Below are positions 45,772 through 56,089 of a stretch of 64,000 nucleotides of DNA, piece after piece. Each line of letters opens with the position of its first letter. Positions within the stretch are counted from its first letter, which is position 1. Where the stretch lies: NCBI GenBank assembly GCA_964412775.1, contig CAYPPX010000003.1:3021-67020 (forward strand), given 5' to 3'. Source of the stretch: an uncultured Pseudomonadales bacterium (GTDB lineage: Bacteria > Patescibacteriota > Microgenomatia > UBA1400 > PJMF01). The translations under genes were made by a program, and so were the position numbers. The notes beneath the pieces were generated by a model. It had not been told where the DNA came from and ran no database searches. It saw only the letters and a list, made by a program, of their open reading frames with translations.

Positions 45772-45774
45772 GGT

Positions 45775-46878
45775 TTACAGATATTCTTCACGTTTGTCGG
45801 CTTTAATTTTTTCAACTATTTTTTTGACATCCTGACTTTTATCTTTTGGACAAACCAGCAGAATCTCGTCAGTATCAACCACAATTAGGTCCTTCAAACC
45901 AACCAATGCTACTAGTCTACCATTGGTATGGATCAAATTGCCTTCAGAATTAACTGATAAAGTCATGACTTCGTCGTCATCACCAACTACGACATTTTTA
46001 TCATGGTCCTTATCACCTAGGTCATAAACTACTTTCCAATCTCCGACATCACTCCAGCCGAAATCACCTGGAATTAATAATAAGTTGTCGGCTTTTTCAC
46101 TAATAGCGTAGTCGATCGAAATTGCTTCGGCTTCGTTATAAGTTTCTGGTAAAGCCTGATGAAAAGCTTCACTATTCAAACTATCAAGGTGGGCTGTTTT
46201 TTCGTAGAGACTTTGCTTATGTTTTTTGAAGGCATTTTTGAGAGCAGTTGCAGACCAAACGTACATGTTAGCATTCCAGTAGTATTTACCAGTGGCAATG
46301 AATTTCTTAGCGGTTTCTTTGTCTGGTTTTTCAGTAAAACTATCAACTTTCATTAGTGGTAAGTTTTTACCCAAATCAGCTAGTTTATTAGCAACTTTAA
46401 TGTAACCAAAAGCGCTAGTAACATAACTTGGAGTGATTCCGACTGTCAGTAAGTTATCACCCTCACTAGCAGTTTTAGTGGCAGCATACATTACTCTGAC
46501 AAATTCTTCTTCGTCAGTGACAGTATGATCTGAAGCAGCATTAATGATAATTGCATTAGGATCTTTGCTTTTAGCAAATAAAGCACCAACCAACATAGCC
46601 AAAGCAGTATCTTTTTTTTCTGGTTCGGCCAAAATATTTTCAGCTGGAACTTGAGGAAGTTGCTTTTTAACTTCAGATGAATACATTTGGTTGGTAACGA
46701 CAATAATGTTTGACCACTCCACCATTCTGGCTACCCGATCAGCAGCAATCTGGATCATGGTTTTATCACCAGCCAGTTTGAGAAATTGTTTTGGCGTTTT
46801 GGTTCTGGATTTTGGCCAGAGTCTAGTTCCACCACCACCAGCCAAAATTACTGCAAAAAGATGGGAGTTAGTTGACAT
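45775..46878 (-). CDS. mannose-1-phosphate guanylyltransferase-like nucleotidyltransferase
   Basis: AVILAGGGGTRLWP N-terminal NDP-sugar pyrophosphorylase signature. No PMI domain. Confidence 0.75.
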   Translation of the reverse strand: MSTNSHLFAVILAGGGGTRLWPKSRTKTPKQFLKLAGDKTMIQIAADRVARMVEWSNIIVVTNQMYSSEVKKQLPQVPAENILAEPEKKDTALAMLVGALFAKSKDPNAIIINAASDHTVTDEEEFVRVMYAATKTASEGDNLLTVGITPSYVTSAFGYIKVANKLADLGKNLPLMKVDSFTEKPDKETAKKFIATGKYYWNANMYVWSATALKNAFKKHKQSLYEKTAHLDSLNSEAFHQALPETYNEAEAISIDYAISEKADNLLLIPGDFGWSDVGDWKVVYDLGDKDHDKNVVVGDDDEVMTLSVNSEGNLIHTNGRLVALVGLKDLIVVDTDEILLVCPKDKSQDVKKIVEKIKADKREEYL

Positions 46879-46882
46879 AGAT

Positions 46883-48028
46883 TTACTTTCTGTGTTTTTG
46901 CCAAACAGTTGTTATTACTTGTGCAAAATTCTTTGTGAATGTATTTGTATCATATTTTGTCACATTTTTGAGGAGTCGAGTTTTATCAAAGTTGAGTTTT
47001 TTAAACTTCTCGAGGGCTTTGAGAATATCTTCAGCTTTTTCTCTAGTGATATGAACGCCATGCAAAGTATGATCTATACACTCGGCTGCTCCACTTTTAC
47101 TGTTAATCAAGACTGGTTTAGCAAAACTATTAGCTTCTAAGGCAACTATGCCAAAGTCTTCTTCACCTGGCATGATTAAAGCTTGGCAGTGTTGATAAAG
47201 TTGGTTGAGTTGCGATTGGTGGAGGTTTTTATAAAAAAACACTCTATCTGTTAAATTCAGTGTTGTTACGAGGTTTTTGAGTTTTTTTTCTTCTGGGCCA
47301 CTGCCTATAATCACTAGTTTTTCTTGGAGATTTTTCCAAGCAATAATTGCTTGATCTAGGTGCTTATAAGAAACCAGCCGAGAATTAATTAAGAAAAATT
47401 TTTTTGGAATAACAAAGTCTTGATCAATATCTTTGGGTGAGTTATCAACAGGTGGATAAATAACTTTAGCTGGTTTAACGGTTGGATAATATTGTCTAAC
47501 TCTTTGGGCGACACGTTCAGAAATAGGAATAATTATATCTGGTCTTAAGATTGCTACCTGGTCCCACCAAGTAAGATAATTCAGGAGTTGTTCTGCTAAC
47601 CATTTAATGGGAGCAAGTTTAAAGATTTTATGTGAGTTCAAGCTATGTTCGCGATCTTGGTAAAGATAACGAGGTGGGGTAAGTAAATAACAAAGATGGA
47701 GCTGATTTGGTTTGGTGATAATGCCTTTGGCTTCGGCACTAGTGACAGAAATAATGATGTCGTAGTTGCTAAAATCGAAACTTTCAAAAGCCAGTGGCAT
47801 CAAAAAAGGAATCCAGCGATGAAGCTGATTAAAAAATGGGATTTTATTTAACCAACTAGGAATAACCTGCGGGAAAACTTTGGCCCAGTTGGCCTGTTGC
47901 GGTTGATAAACAGCAGTAAATAGTGGAGCTTGGGGATAGAGTTGGTGGAGTGCTAAAAGCACTTGTTCTGCTCCACCATAAGGGGTGTTGACTCGGTCAT
48001 AAACAAAGGCAATTCTGGGTTTTGTCAT
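46883..48028 (-). CDS. family 4 glycosyltransferase (GT-B)
   Basis: C-terminal EEDFGIVALEANSFAKPVLI (E-x7-E-like donor-binding motif). Confidence 0.75.
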   Translation of the reverse strand: MTKPRIAFVYDRVNTPYGGAEQVLLALHQLYPQAPLFTAVYQPQQANWAKVFPQVIPSWLNKIPFFNQLHRWIPFLMPLAFESFDFSNYDIIISVTSAEAKGIITKPNQLHLCYLLTPPRYLYQDREHSLNSHKIFKLAPIKWLAEQLLNYLTWWDQVAILRPDIIIPISERVAQRVRQYYPTVKPAKVIYPPVDNSPKDIDQDFVIPKKFFLINSRLVSYKHLDQAIIAWKNLQEKLVIIGSGPEEKKLKNLVTTLNLTDRVFFYKNLHQSQLNQLYQHCQALIMPGEEDFGIVALEANSFAKPVLINSKSGAAECIDHTLHGVHITREKAEDILKALEKFKKLNFDKTRLLKNVTKYDTNTFTKNFAQVITTVWQKHRK

Positions 48029-48029
48029 G

Positions 48030-49127
48030 TTATAAACAAGCCTGATAAATAGCTAAAGTAGTGTCAGCCATTGTTGACCAACTATATTTAGTTATTAGTT
48101 TTTTACCAGTTTTAGCCAAAATAGCTCTTGATGGGCCCAAGATTCTGATTTTTTCGACTAATTCTTCAGCAGAGTTGGGGTCAAAGTAAGCAGCTGAGTC
48201 TTGATATATTTCTTGGAAAATTGGTATATCTGAGGCAATTACTGGCAGGCCAACAGCCATTGCTTCTAGGCCAGGTAAGCCAAAACCTTCTGATAGTGAT
48301 GGAAAAACTAAAGCATATGATTCTTGGTAAAGTTCGATTAGTTGTTGATCAGATAGCCGACCTAAAAATTCAACTTGATTTTCGACTTGGTATTTTTTGG
48401 CTAATTTCATGGTTTCTTGTTGAAAAACACTTCTAGAACCTACTAATTTCAAATTAAATTCTGGTAGCTTTTTTAAAGCCCTAAAAACAACTTCAATATT
48501 TTTATGTGGGTAGAGTGAACCAGTGTAAACTAATTGGTTTTTAGTTGGTTTTTTTTCGATTTTTGTACTTAGAAAACTGTCAGCAATTCCTTCGTAAGTA
48601 GTGACCAGTTTAGTTTTAATATTGGGGTAGTATTTTTTTACTATTTTGGCCACAGTTTCACTGGGTACAAATATTTTTTTAGCTCTATTGACAGCTTGTT
48701 TAACTGTAAACTGATAAGCACCATATTTTAACCAATATTGCCAGGACGGTAAGGTTGTGACATGACTACCTCGTTGTTCGTGCCAAAGTAAATCATGAAT
48801 CGTGACCACAATCTTTCCAGAATAAAAAATGGGGATATTAAAGTGTGGGATATGAAGTAAGTCTAGTCTAGCTTGATTAAAAATGATTGGTAAAACTAAT
48901 TGCTCTTTGAGTGAATAGTGGCGAACTGGGGTGATGATTATTTCTACATTAGTTGGCAGATTTTTTTGATCTCCCAAAATTTCGTTAGCTTGTTTTTTAC
49001 TGAAAAAAAATAATACCCAGTAATATTGTTGATTGGTAACTAAGCGTTGAACTAGATTTTGAGTATAACGACCAATGCCTGCGTGTTGCTCACCAGCTAG
49101 TCGGCAATCAAGCCCAATTCTTTGCAT
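48030..49127 (-). CDS. family 4 glycosyltransferase (GT-B)
   Basis: SLSEGFGLPGLEAMAVGLPVIASD motif. Confidence 0.75.
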   Translation of the reverse strand: MQRIGLDCRLAGEQHAGIGRYTQNLVQRLVTNQQYYWVLFFFSKKQANEILGDQKNLPTNVEIIITPVRHYSLKEQLVLPIIFNQARLDLLHIPHFNIPIFYSGKIVVTIHDLLWHEQRGSHVTTLPSWQYWLKYGAYQFTVKQAVNRAKKIFVPSETVAKIVKKYYPNIKTKLVTTYEGIADSFLSTKIEKKPTKNQLVYTGSLYPHKNIEVVFRALKKLPEFNLKLVGSRSVFQQETMKLAKKYQVENQVEFLGRLSDQQLIELYQESYALVFPSLSEGFGLPGLEAMAVGLPVIASDIPIFQEIYQDSAAYFDPNSAEELVEKIRILGPSRAILAKTGKKLITKYSWSTMADTTLAIYQACL

Positions 49128-49130
49128 AAG

Positions 49131-50072
49131 CTATAGACCACCTTTTTTGATAAACAAGAACGTTTTGAGTAGGGTTCTAATAAATTTTGGATATTTATCA
49201 CCGTACCACTTGTCATAGTACATCAACATCGTGTCATAAAACATGTTATGAACTTTTTTGGCAAGCCTAGTGGAAGAACTTTTAATGCCAGATTTATATT
49301 TATGATGGGTAATCTTGACTTCAGGATGATAAACAATAGTTTTACCAGCTTCTCTGAAACGGCGACACCAATCAATATCTTCAGCATACATAAAGAACAT
49401 TTCATCTAAATAACCAACTTTATTTTGCATAAACTTGGTAGGGAAAATCATAGCTGCTCCAGTACAAGCATCGATTTCATGAATTTCATCTAGGTTTTTA
49501 AAAGTTTGGTGGTATTGACCAAACATTGGACTATTAGGAAAGAGTTTCTCCAGGCCAGCAAAATAAGTTAGTGATGCCCAAGGGGTTGGTTCACCACGGT
49601 GACAGGCCGGATCAAGTGAGCCATTTGGTAACTCGACTCTTGGTGTAATCATGCCTACTTCTGGATGATCATCTAGGTATTTAATTAAGACATCTAAGTT
49701 TGAACTGGTGTGAAACTCAGTGTCAGAGTTAAGTAACATGCTGTAGCGAGCGGTAATGTTTCTCAGGGCGACATTATTGCCAGCCGCAAAACCGATGTTG
49801 CCACCAGAACGAATTAATTTGACCCATTTAAATTCTTTTTCAACCATCTCTGGAGAGCCATCGTCACTGGCGTTGTCAACCACAATGACTTCAACTTTGT
49901 ATTTAGTTCGATCAAGATAAGCATCTTTAACACTTTGTAGGGTTTTTTTAAGCCAGAATTGAGTGTTAAAGTTTAAAACGACAATCGCCAAATCCTTTTG
50001 GTTATTAGGTTTAGTTATAGTTTTCTTCTTTTTAGTTGGTTTTTTTACCATGGTTAGCTCCTTTATTGCCAA
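49131..50072 (-). CDS. family 2 glycosyltransferase
   Basis: LAIVVLNFN..., VVDNASDDGS, and the DxD region. Confidence 0.75.
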   Translation of the reverse strand: MAIKELTMVKKPTKKKKTITKPNNQKDLAIVVLNFNTQFWLKKTLQSVKDAYLDRTKYKVEVIVVDNASDDGSPEMVEKEFKWVKLIRSGGNIGFAAGNNVALRNITARYSMLLNSDTEFHTSSNLDVLIKYLDDHPEVGMITPRVELPNGSLDPACHRGEPTPWASLTYFAGLEKLFPNSPMFGQYHQTFKNLDEIHEIDACTGAAMIFPTKFMQNKVGYLDEMFFMYAEDIDWCRRFREAGKTIVYHPEVKITHHKYKSGIKSSSTRLAKKVHNMFYDTMLMYYDKWYGDKYPKFIRTLLKTFLFIKKGGL

Positions 50073-51252
50073 TTTCTTTGTAAATCATATCAAGTTTTTT
50101 GGAAATTTCTTTCCAATCAAAGTTTTCTGAGACAAATTTCTTGCCGTTAATCGATAATTTTTCCCAAAGTTTTTGATCATTAATTAATTCTACCGTGAGT
50201 TTAGCTAAATCTTTAGCTGAGTTACTAGTTAGGACGTGAGTGCCATGTTTAATGTTTAGACCTTCCACAGCAATTTTAGAGGCAACCACTGGGGTGCCAC
50301 TAGCCATTGCTTCTAGTATTTTGTATCTAGTGCCTTTGCCACTAAAAACCGGGGCAACTAAAACATGAGCTTCTTTAAAAGCCTGACGAATATCTGGTAC
50401 TCTACCTAAAACTTCAATTTGGGGATCTTTTTCTCCGTAAGCAATAACTTTCTTGGTTGGGGCATTGCCAACGATCCAGAGTTTAATCTTTGGCAGAAGT
50501 TTTTTAACCTCTGGCCAAATTTTTTGGACAAGAAAATCGACCGCTTCTTGATTTGGTAGCCATTTGAAAGTACCGACTGACAGAATGGTTGGTTCAGGGG
50601 TTAATTTTCTGGGAATTTGGTTAAACCAGGCAGAATCAACACCGTTGGCTACCACGTCGATTTTGGCTTGGTCATGAATTTGTTGACTAATAAACTCTTT
50701 ATCATCATCACTCATCACAATTAGTTTGTCACAAACTCGCCAGTAGTGGAGTTCCCATTGGCGAATTTTTTTAATATCAGTTTCTAGTAGGGGTTTAATA
50801 ATGGAAGGGGCTTTCTTGGCATAACTTTCGTAACCTAAATACTCTATCGTTTGTTCAACTAGAATTGTTGGGATGTCATTTTCTGGTAAGTGAGGCATCA
50901 TGTAAAAAGTTTCTGCATGAATTAGGTCATATTTTTCTTTGGCTAGTTCCTCTTTGATGGCGCCAATCGTTTCTGGAACATAGTTCCGAATGACCAAAAA
51001 TGGATAGGAAGAAAAGATGGCCTTAAAAATATTTTTTAGGGTAAAAGGTTTTTCAGAACGCTTAAAGACTTGCACTTTACGACAATATTTTTCCAGTTCT
51101 GGAATATATTTTTTTTCTTCTTCATTTTTTATTAAGGCAAACAAAGTAATCTCATGTTTAGTGGCCAATTTTTTTAGTAAGTTGTAAGTTCTAATTTGAC
51201 CACCAGATAGTAATGGATAGGGCAAATATGGAGTTAACATTAAAATTTTCAT
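50032..51252 (-). CDS. family 4 glycosyltransferase (GT-B)
   Basis: MKILMLTPYLPYPLLSGGQ N-terminus and C-terminal GKGTRYKILEAMASGTPVV. Confidence 0.75.
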   Translation of the reverse strand: MKILMLTPYLPYPLLSGGQIRTYNLLKKLATKHEITLFALIKNEEEKKYIPELEKYCRKVQVFKRSEKPFTLKNIFKAIFSSYPFLVIRNYVPETIGAIKEELAKEKYDLIHAETFYMMPHLPENDIPTILVEQTIEYLGYESYAKKAPSIIKPLLETDIKKIRQWELHYWRVCDKLIVMSDDDKEFISQQIHDQAKIDVVANGVDSAWFNQIPRKLTPEPTILSVGTFKWLPNQEAVDFLVQKIWPEVKKLLPKIKLWIVGNAPTKKVIAYGEKDPQIEVLGRVPDIRQAFKEAHVLVAPVFSGKGTRYKILEAMASGTPVVASKIAVEGLNIKHGTHVLTSNSAKDLAKLTVELINDQKLWEKLSINGKKFVSENFDWKEISKKLDMIYKEIGNKGANHGKKTN

Positions 51253-52757
51253 TATTTAATTTTCCTTAGATCTAAGAGTAAATATTTCTCAGTTTTTTCG
51301 ATAGTGTGATATTTTTGTTCCAGTTCACGAGCTTCATCATCATAGGTAGTGGTAACGTAATGAGTTGCTCCCAATTTAATTTTTTGGTCGATGTCAAAAC
51401 CAATTGGCCAACCAGTGCGATTGGTTTGAAATAAGAAGATAGTATCGCCAAATGCTGGAGCAATTACTTTGGCATCAACTGGAGTTAATTGATCAACTGC
51501 TTGGCCAGCTTCCACATACTCCCAATGATTGACGTTAAAGTAACCACCTAGGTTTTTCCAGGAATTAATTAACATAACTATGACTAAAAGAATCAAGGGT
51601 AATTTTATGATATATGGTTGATATTTTTGAGCTTTAACCCACAAATAATTAAAACCAAAGCCCAAAACAATTGCAATAAATGGGGTAAAAATTACTTGAT
51701 AATAATCATGCTGGACATTGCCAGTAGCAATCACTGAGATATAGGCAAATAAGCCTACTCCCCAACTCCAGAATAAGTAATTAATTTTTTTCTGATTAGT
51801 CAACAAACCGGTAACAGCAAAAATTAATCCAGCAAAGCCTAAGATTAATTTAGTAAATCTTTCATAAAATAACCATCTAAACCAAGCTGGTCTGAAACGA
51901 ATGTTATTACTGTTAAATAACCAGTCTGAGGCGGGAATGCCACTAGGAAATTGAATTATCCAGTTTCGCCACCACCAGAATGGTAGTAAAACAATAATGG
52001 CAAAAACCAGCCAACTCCAATGAAAAGCTTTTTTCCAAGATTGTTTTTGAAGGAATATCACTAGGTAAACAGGAGCGAGAAAAGCAACAAATGGTTTTAG
52101 TAAAAAAGCTAGACTTAAGAAAATTGCTGATAAATAAAAACTAGGTTGACTAAAAAACTTTTTGTTTGACAAAGCATAAGCAAAGAAAGTTATTGAACCC
52201 ATACTAAAGAATAGAAAAAATGGTTCTGGTAAGACTACTCTAGAATAGTAAATACTGTAAGGTAAAACAGCAAAGAAAAAGCCACTAAAAAAAGCTAGGG
52301 AAGAATTTTGACTAATATTTTTAACAAAATAGTAGATGAAAGTTAAAGTTCCCAGTGATGCCAGAACAGCGATAAACCGACTAGTTACGACTAATGGTAG
52401 AAATGGAAAAATCTTGATTAAGCCAGCAATCAGACCATTAATAATCGGAAACTCTACCATCCTGTAACCACCAAGATTATCCAGACCAGACTGGATATTA
52501 GATAGATCATGGTATTTGGGTTCGAGCAAATCAATGTCGTGTTTAACATATTCACGGGTCACAGAAGCAGTGTCAGCTTGGCGAAAAGCATGCCAATCAG
52601 CAATTGGGTTGGTAATGCGATAAAGTCGTAAAACAAACGCTAAGCCTAATAAAATAACTAAATGTTTAGTGGTTACTGTCCAGCTTTTTGGCCATAACGA
52701 CTGCATCTTATTTTTTCTTTGATTTAATAAATGATTTTTTATTTTTTGGGATAGCAA
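51252..52757 (-). CDS. polytopic membrane glycosyltransferase, GT-C-like (putative)
   Basis: About 12 TM helices, periplasmic loop-1 acidic motif (ADWHAFRQADTA), large C-terminal soluble domain. 4-nt overlap with the downstream GT4. Confidence 0.4.
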   Translation of the reverse strand: MLSQKIKNHLLNQRKNKMQSLWPKSWTVTTKHLVILLGLAFVLRLYRITNPIADWHAFRQADTASVTREYVKHDIDLLEPKYHDLSNIQSGLDNLGGYRMVEFPIINGLIAGLIKIFPFLPLVVTSRFIAVLASLGTLTFIYYFVKNISQNSSLAFFSGFFFAVLPYSIYYSRVVLPEPFFLFFSMGSITFFAYALSNKKFFSQPSFYLSAIFLSLAFLLKPFVAFLAPVYLVIFLQKQSWKKAFHWSWLVFAIIVLLPFWWWRNWIIQFPSGIPASDWLFNSNNIRFRPAWFRWLFYERFTKLILGFAGLIFAVTGLLTNQKKINYLFWSWGVGLFAYISVIATGNVQHDYYQVIFTPFIAIVLGFGFNYLWVKAQKYQPYIIKLPLILLVIVMLINSWKNLGGYFNVNHWEYVEAGQAVDQLTPVDAKVIAPAFGDTIFLFQTNRTGWPIGFDIDQKIKLGATHYVTTTYDDEARELEQKYHTIEKTEKYLLLDLRKIK

Positions 52758-54405
52758 AAATTGTCAGCATCAAACCAACGATGCCCCAATAAGTAAAGGC
52801 AACTTTAGAGGCGGCATAAACGTCAATATAAGAAGCATTGGCCATTAGACCAATTGAGCCAGCCACAAAACCGATGGCTGCTGCTGCAATAAAGGTTTGT
52901 TGAGCTTTGAGATATTTCCAGGATTGTTGAATAGCCAAGACAATGATGCCAAAGAAACTCAAGAATCCAAGTAAACCAGTTTCACCCAAGATTCTAAGAT
53001 AGTTGTTATCAGTGCTGTCAGCTTCCAAAAATTGATAAACACCTTCTTTATTCAAAGTTGCATAACCTGAACCAAGCAAAGGATTTCTCATAAACCCTTT
53101 GATGGCATTTGGCCAAAGTGTATCCAATCTAATACCCATGGATAAGCCATATTTTAAGGCATTATCAGACCAGGTACGTTCTTTTTCAATTTTAGTGATG
53201 GTTGTCGTACCATCATCGTTTAGAGTTGAGACCTCAACAATATCTGGTACATCCACATAAACATCACTTGGTTTATTGGTAGTGGGTTGTTGGTCGGTGG
53301 CGGTTAAAACAGGGGCTAGTTCATTTGAATTGTCGAAGCCCAAGGCTCCTTCTGGTGGTCCAAGCTCGATAATGCCCAACCAGTCGTAGACTTGATCTCT
53401 AGTTTTTTTGTACTGGCCATTAACTTGGTCGAAAACATCCTTGCCTTCTTTGTAATAACTAGCAATTTGTGGGTAGCCCTCAATTACTTGTAGAAATCTT
53501 TCATACATATCTTGGCCAAAGACCAACATCATGATACCGGTTAATAAACCAAAACTAACAGATTTTTTAATAAAGGAGCCTAGCTTTTTCAGCCAGGTTT
53601 GTTCACGATTCGCCACAAAAGCAATCACTAAGATAGCTGCCAAACCGTAAGCAGCAAACGGGGCTCTGGAAGCACTGGCGACTAATAACCAGAGACCAAA
53701 AAGATGGACTAAAAAGAAGACTTTTCTTTCCCAGTTTTTTTCTGCCAAGTAAGAAAAACTTAATAAGATTGGTAAAACAATGACTAGATAAGCACCAAGA
53801 TCATAATGACCGCCAAAGGTTGATTGAACTCTGGCGTGCTCAGTTAGATAAAGTCTCACCCCCTTACTAAATTCACGATTCATGGTGGAATAAACTGGCC
53901 AATACCAATATTTTTGACCTAGACCATACAAACTTACCAAAAAGACAGTAATGACCAAACTCCAAACTACAACTTTGGCTTGTTTGAGATTATTAACACT
54001 GGCATAAATCAAAATAAACAAGAAAAAGTACTCAATATAACGGAAAAAATGTAAAGCAGATTTACCAATATGCAAGAGTTCTAATGGCACTGTTTGGGTA
54101 ATAAATATCGCAGATAACAAAGAAAAAAAGCCGACTGCTACATAACTACCAATCATTTTGAATAATGGTGATTTCCAGGTAATTTTTTTACGGGCCAGCT
54201 GAACTAACCAAATAATACCAGCGATAGCAATCAACATGTCCTCTACTCTGACTCTAACAATATAACCAGGTAAAATATCAAACAACGGAATTTTGGGATA
54301 AAGGGGAATAAAAGCTAAGAGTAAAGTGCTGTAGACAAAGAGTAAGCTGTCATCAGCCCAAGCTAGTAACTTTTTCCACCAGGGTTTTTGATCTTTTTTT
54401 GGCAT
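52708..54405 (-). CDS. O-antigen ligase/polymerase-like (Wzy_C) membrane protein with large periplasmic domain
   Basis: LLVASASRAPFAAYGLAAILV resembles the Wzy_C signature. More than 10 TM helices. A roughly 150-aa periplasmic insertion. Confidence 0.5.
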   Translation of the reverse strand: MPKKDQKPWWKKLLAWADDSLLFVYSTLLLAFIPLYPKIPLFDILPGYIVRVRVEDMLIAIAGIIWLVQLARKKITWKSPLFKMIGSYVAVGFFSLLSAIFITQTVPLELLHIGKSALHFFRYIEYFFLFILIYASVNNLKQAKVVVWSLVITVFLVSLYGLGQKYWYWPVYSTMNREFSKGVRLYLTEHARVQSTFGGHYDLGAYLVIVLPILLSFSYLAEKNWERKVFFLVHLFGLWLLVASASRAPFAAYGLAAILVIAFVANREQTWLKKLGSFIKKSVSFGLLTGIMMLVFGQDMYERFLQVIEGYPQIASYYKEGKDVFDQVNGQYKKTRDQVYDWLGIIELGPPEGALGFDNSNELAPVLTATDQQPTTNKPSDVYVDVPDIVEVSTLNDDGTTTITKIEKERTWSDNALKYGLSMGIRLDTLWPNAIKGFMRNPLLGSGYATLNKEGVYQFLEADSTDNNYLRILGETGLLGFLSFFGIIVLAIQQSWKYLKAQQTFIAAAAIGFVAGSIGLMANASYIDVYAASKVAFTYWGIVGLMLTIFAIPKNKKSFIKSKKK

Positions 54406-54408
54406 TAA

Positions 54409-55416
54409 TTAAAAACTCCAAATTTTTCCTAAAATTCGTTGGTAAATACCAGCACGTCTTTCATCATGAGTAAAAAACTTATGAATTATCATTCTTAAGA
54501 GTGCTCCCTTCCAAAGGATTATTTTGACAATTGGTAATTGCCAGGCTGGTTTGAACTTAGACCAGAGATAAACATAACCTTTCATTTCACCAGTGTAAGC
54601 ATTTTCCGAACCGGCACTCACATTACCCAAGTGAATAATCTTGGCTAGTGGTTGAATTGCAATATCCCAGTGGTGTCTTCTGGCTCTCATGCAGTATTCA
54701 ATATCTTCACCGTACATGAAAATACCATCGTCAAGTAGGCCAATTTCGTCAATAACTTCTTTACGAATCATCATGGCTGTACCACCTAGCCAATCGACTG
54801 AAGTGAGTTCTTTATCACTTTTTTGCATTCGTTCATTACGGCCAGTATGTTGGGTTGATGGTAACAATTTGCCAATAATTGGTAGGTCATCTAAAAATAA
54901 CATTTGAGCAGCTAGAGATAGTAAAGTTGGAAAGTTACCACCTTGGGCTTGTAAAGTTTTATCTTTATTAAGAAGCATGGGGGCAATAATTCCCAAACGA
55001 TCTACTTGATCACTAGTAGCTGAGTTGGCAGTCGCTTCATTTACTGGATATTGCTCAAATGTTTCGAGCAGTTTTTTGAAAGCTCCTCGCAAAGTAATAG
55101 TATCAGAATTGAGTAAAATAACGGCTTTGGCTTGTGATTGCTTAATGGCTTGGTTATTAGCCCAAGCAAAACCATTATTATCTTTATTGGCAATCACCGT
55201 ATATTTGACCGCTTGGTTGCTCATGAATTTTTTGACTGCTTCCACAGAACCATCTTTAGAATCATTATCAACGATAAAAAACTCAACTCTGGATAAGAGT
55301 TTGTCAGCCTTGAGGTCATCAATGGCTGTCGCTAATGTTTGAAGAGTAATATCTTTGGTGTTATATGACACCACAATAATCGAAAGATCTAAGTTGGGTG
55401 TAGAGTTTTTTGCCAT
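54409..55416 (-). CDS. family 2 glycosyltransferase
   Basis: LSIIVVSYNT, FFIVDNDSKDGS, and DxD motifs. Confidence 0.75.
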   Translation of the reverse strand: MAKNSTPNLDLSIIVVSYNTKDITLQTLATAIDDLKADKLLSRVEFFIVDNDSKDGSVEAVKKFMSNQAVKYTVIANKDNNGFAWANNQAIKQSQAKAVILLNSDTITLRGAFKKLLETFEQYPVNEATANSATSDQVDRLGIIAPMLLNKDKTLQAQGGNFPTLLSLAAQMLFLDDLPIIGKLLPSTQHTGRNERMQKSDKELTSVDWLGGTAMMIRKEVIDEIGLLDDGIFMYGEDIEYCMRARRHHWDIAIQPLAKIIHLGNVSAGSENAYTGEMKGYVYLWSKFKPAWQLPIVKIILWKGALLRMIIHKFFTHDERRAGIYQRILGKIWSF

Positions 55417-55424
55417 AGTTAATT

Positions 55425-56048
55425 TTATTGAAACAGACGGGCTCGTCCTAATTTATACGAATAGTTTTTAGTTTTTCTAGTGGCGATTTCTTTGGCTGGA
55501 GTGCCGGCCACAATTATTCCGGGAGCTACGTCTTTGGTGACTACTGAGCCAGCGGCAATAATCGCACCTTTACCGATAGTAACACCAGGTAAAATAATGG
55601 TTCTTGGTCCGATAAAAACATAGTCACCAATCGTCACTTTTTCCTCGATAGTTTGCATGTTTTCGCTGTGGATATCATGTTGGCTTGTCCAGATCATTAC
55701 TTCTGAAGCAATATCGACATGACTGCCAATTTCTAGGCCACCACGAGAGTTTGGAAGTTGTTTTCTGCCATCCAAGGTAGCTTTTTCCCCTATTAGGGTA
55801 TCTTCACCAATGACAATATTCCTGGGGTCATAGATGCGAGCCATCATGTGAATTGTTGAACCTTTGCCGATTTTCATGCCAAACCAGCGATAAAAAAACT
55901 TTCTAAGTATATGAGATGGAAATAAGCCAACTCCCCACCACAAGAATCCAGTGACAAATTCTAAGTAAATTGCTTCTAGTCGACCAATGATTTTTTGAGT
56001 CACTTGGTCTGAGGTTAAGACCTTACCATCTTTATCAGTTAATGACAT
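55425..56048 (-). CDS. left-handed beta-helix (hexapeptide-repeat) acetyltransferase
   Basis: Hexapeptide repeats IGDYVFIGPRTIILPGVTIGKGAIIAAGSVV. WcaF/WbbJ-like. Confidence 0.75.
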   Translation of the reverse strand: MSLTDKDGKVLTSDQVTQKIIGRLEAIYLEFVTGFLWWGVGLFPSHILRKFFYRWFGMKIGKGSTIHMMARIYDPRNIVIGEDTLIGEKATLDGRKQLPNSRGGLEIGSHVDIASEVMIWTSQHDIHSENMQTIEEKVTIGDYVFIGPRTIILPGVTIGKGAIIAAGSVVTKDVAPGIIVAGTPAKEIATRKTKNYSYKLGRARLFQ

Positions 56049-56089
56049 GTTCTAAGTAGTATACTTCAGATTGAGACATCGAGCAAAGG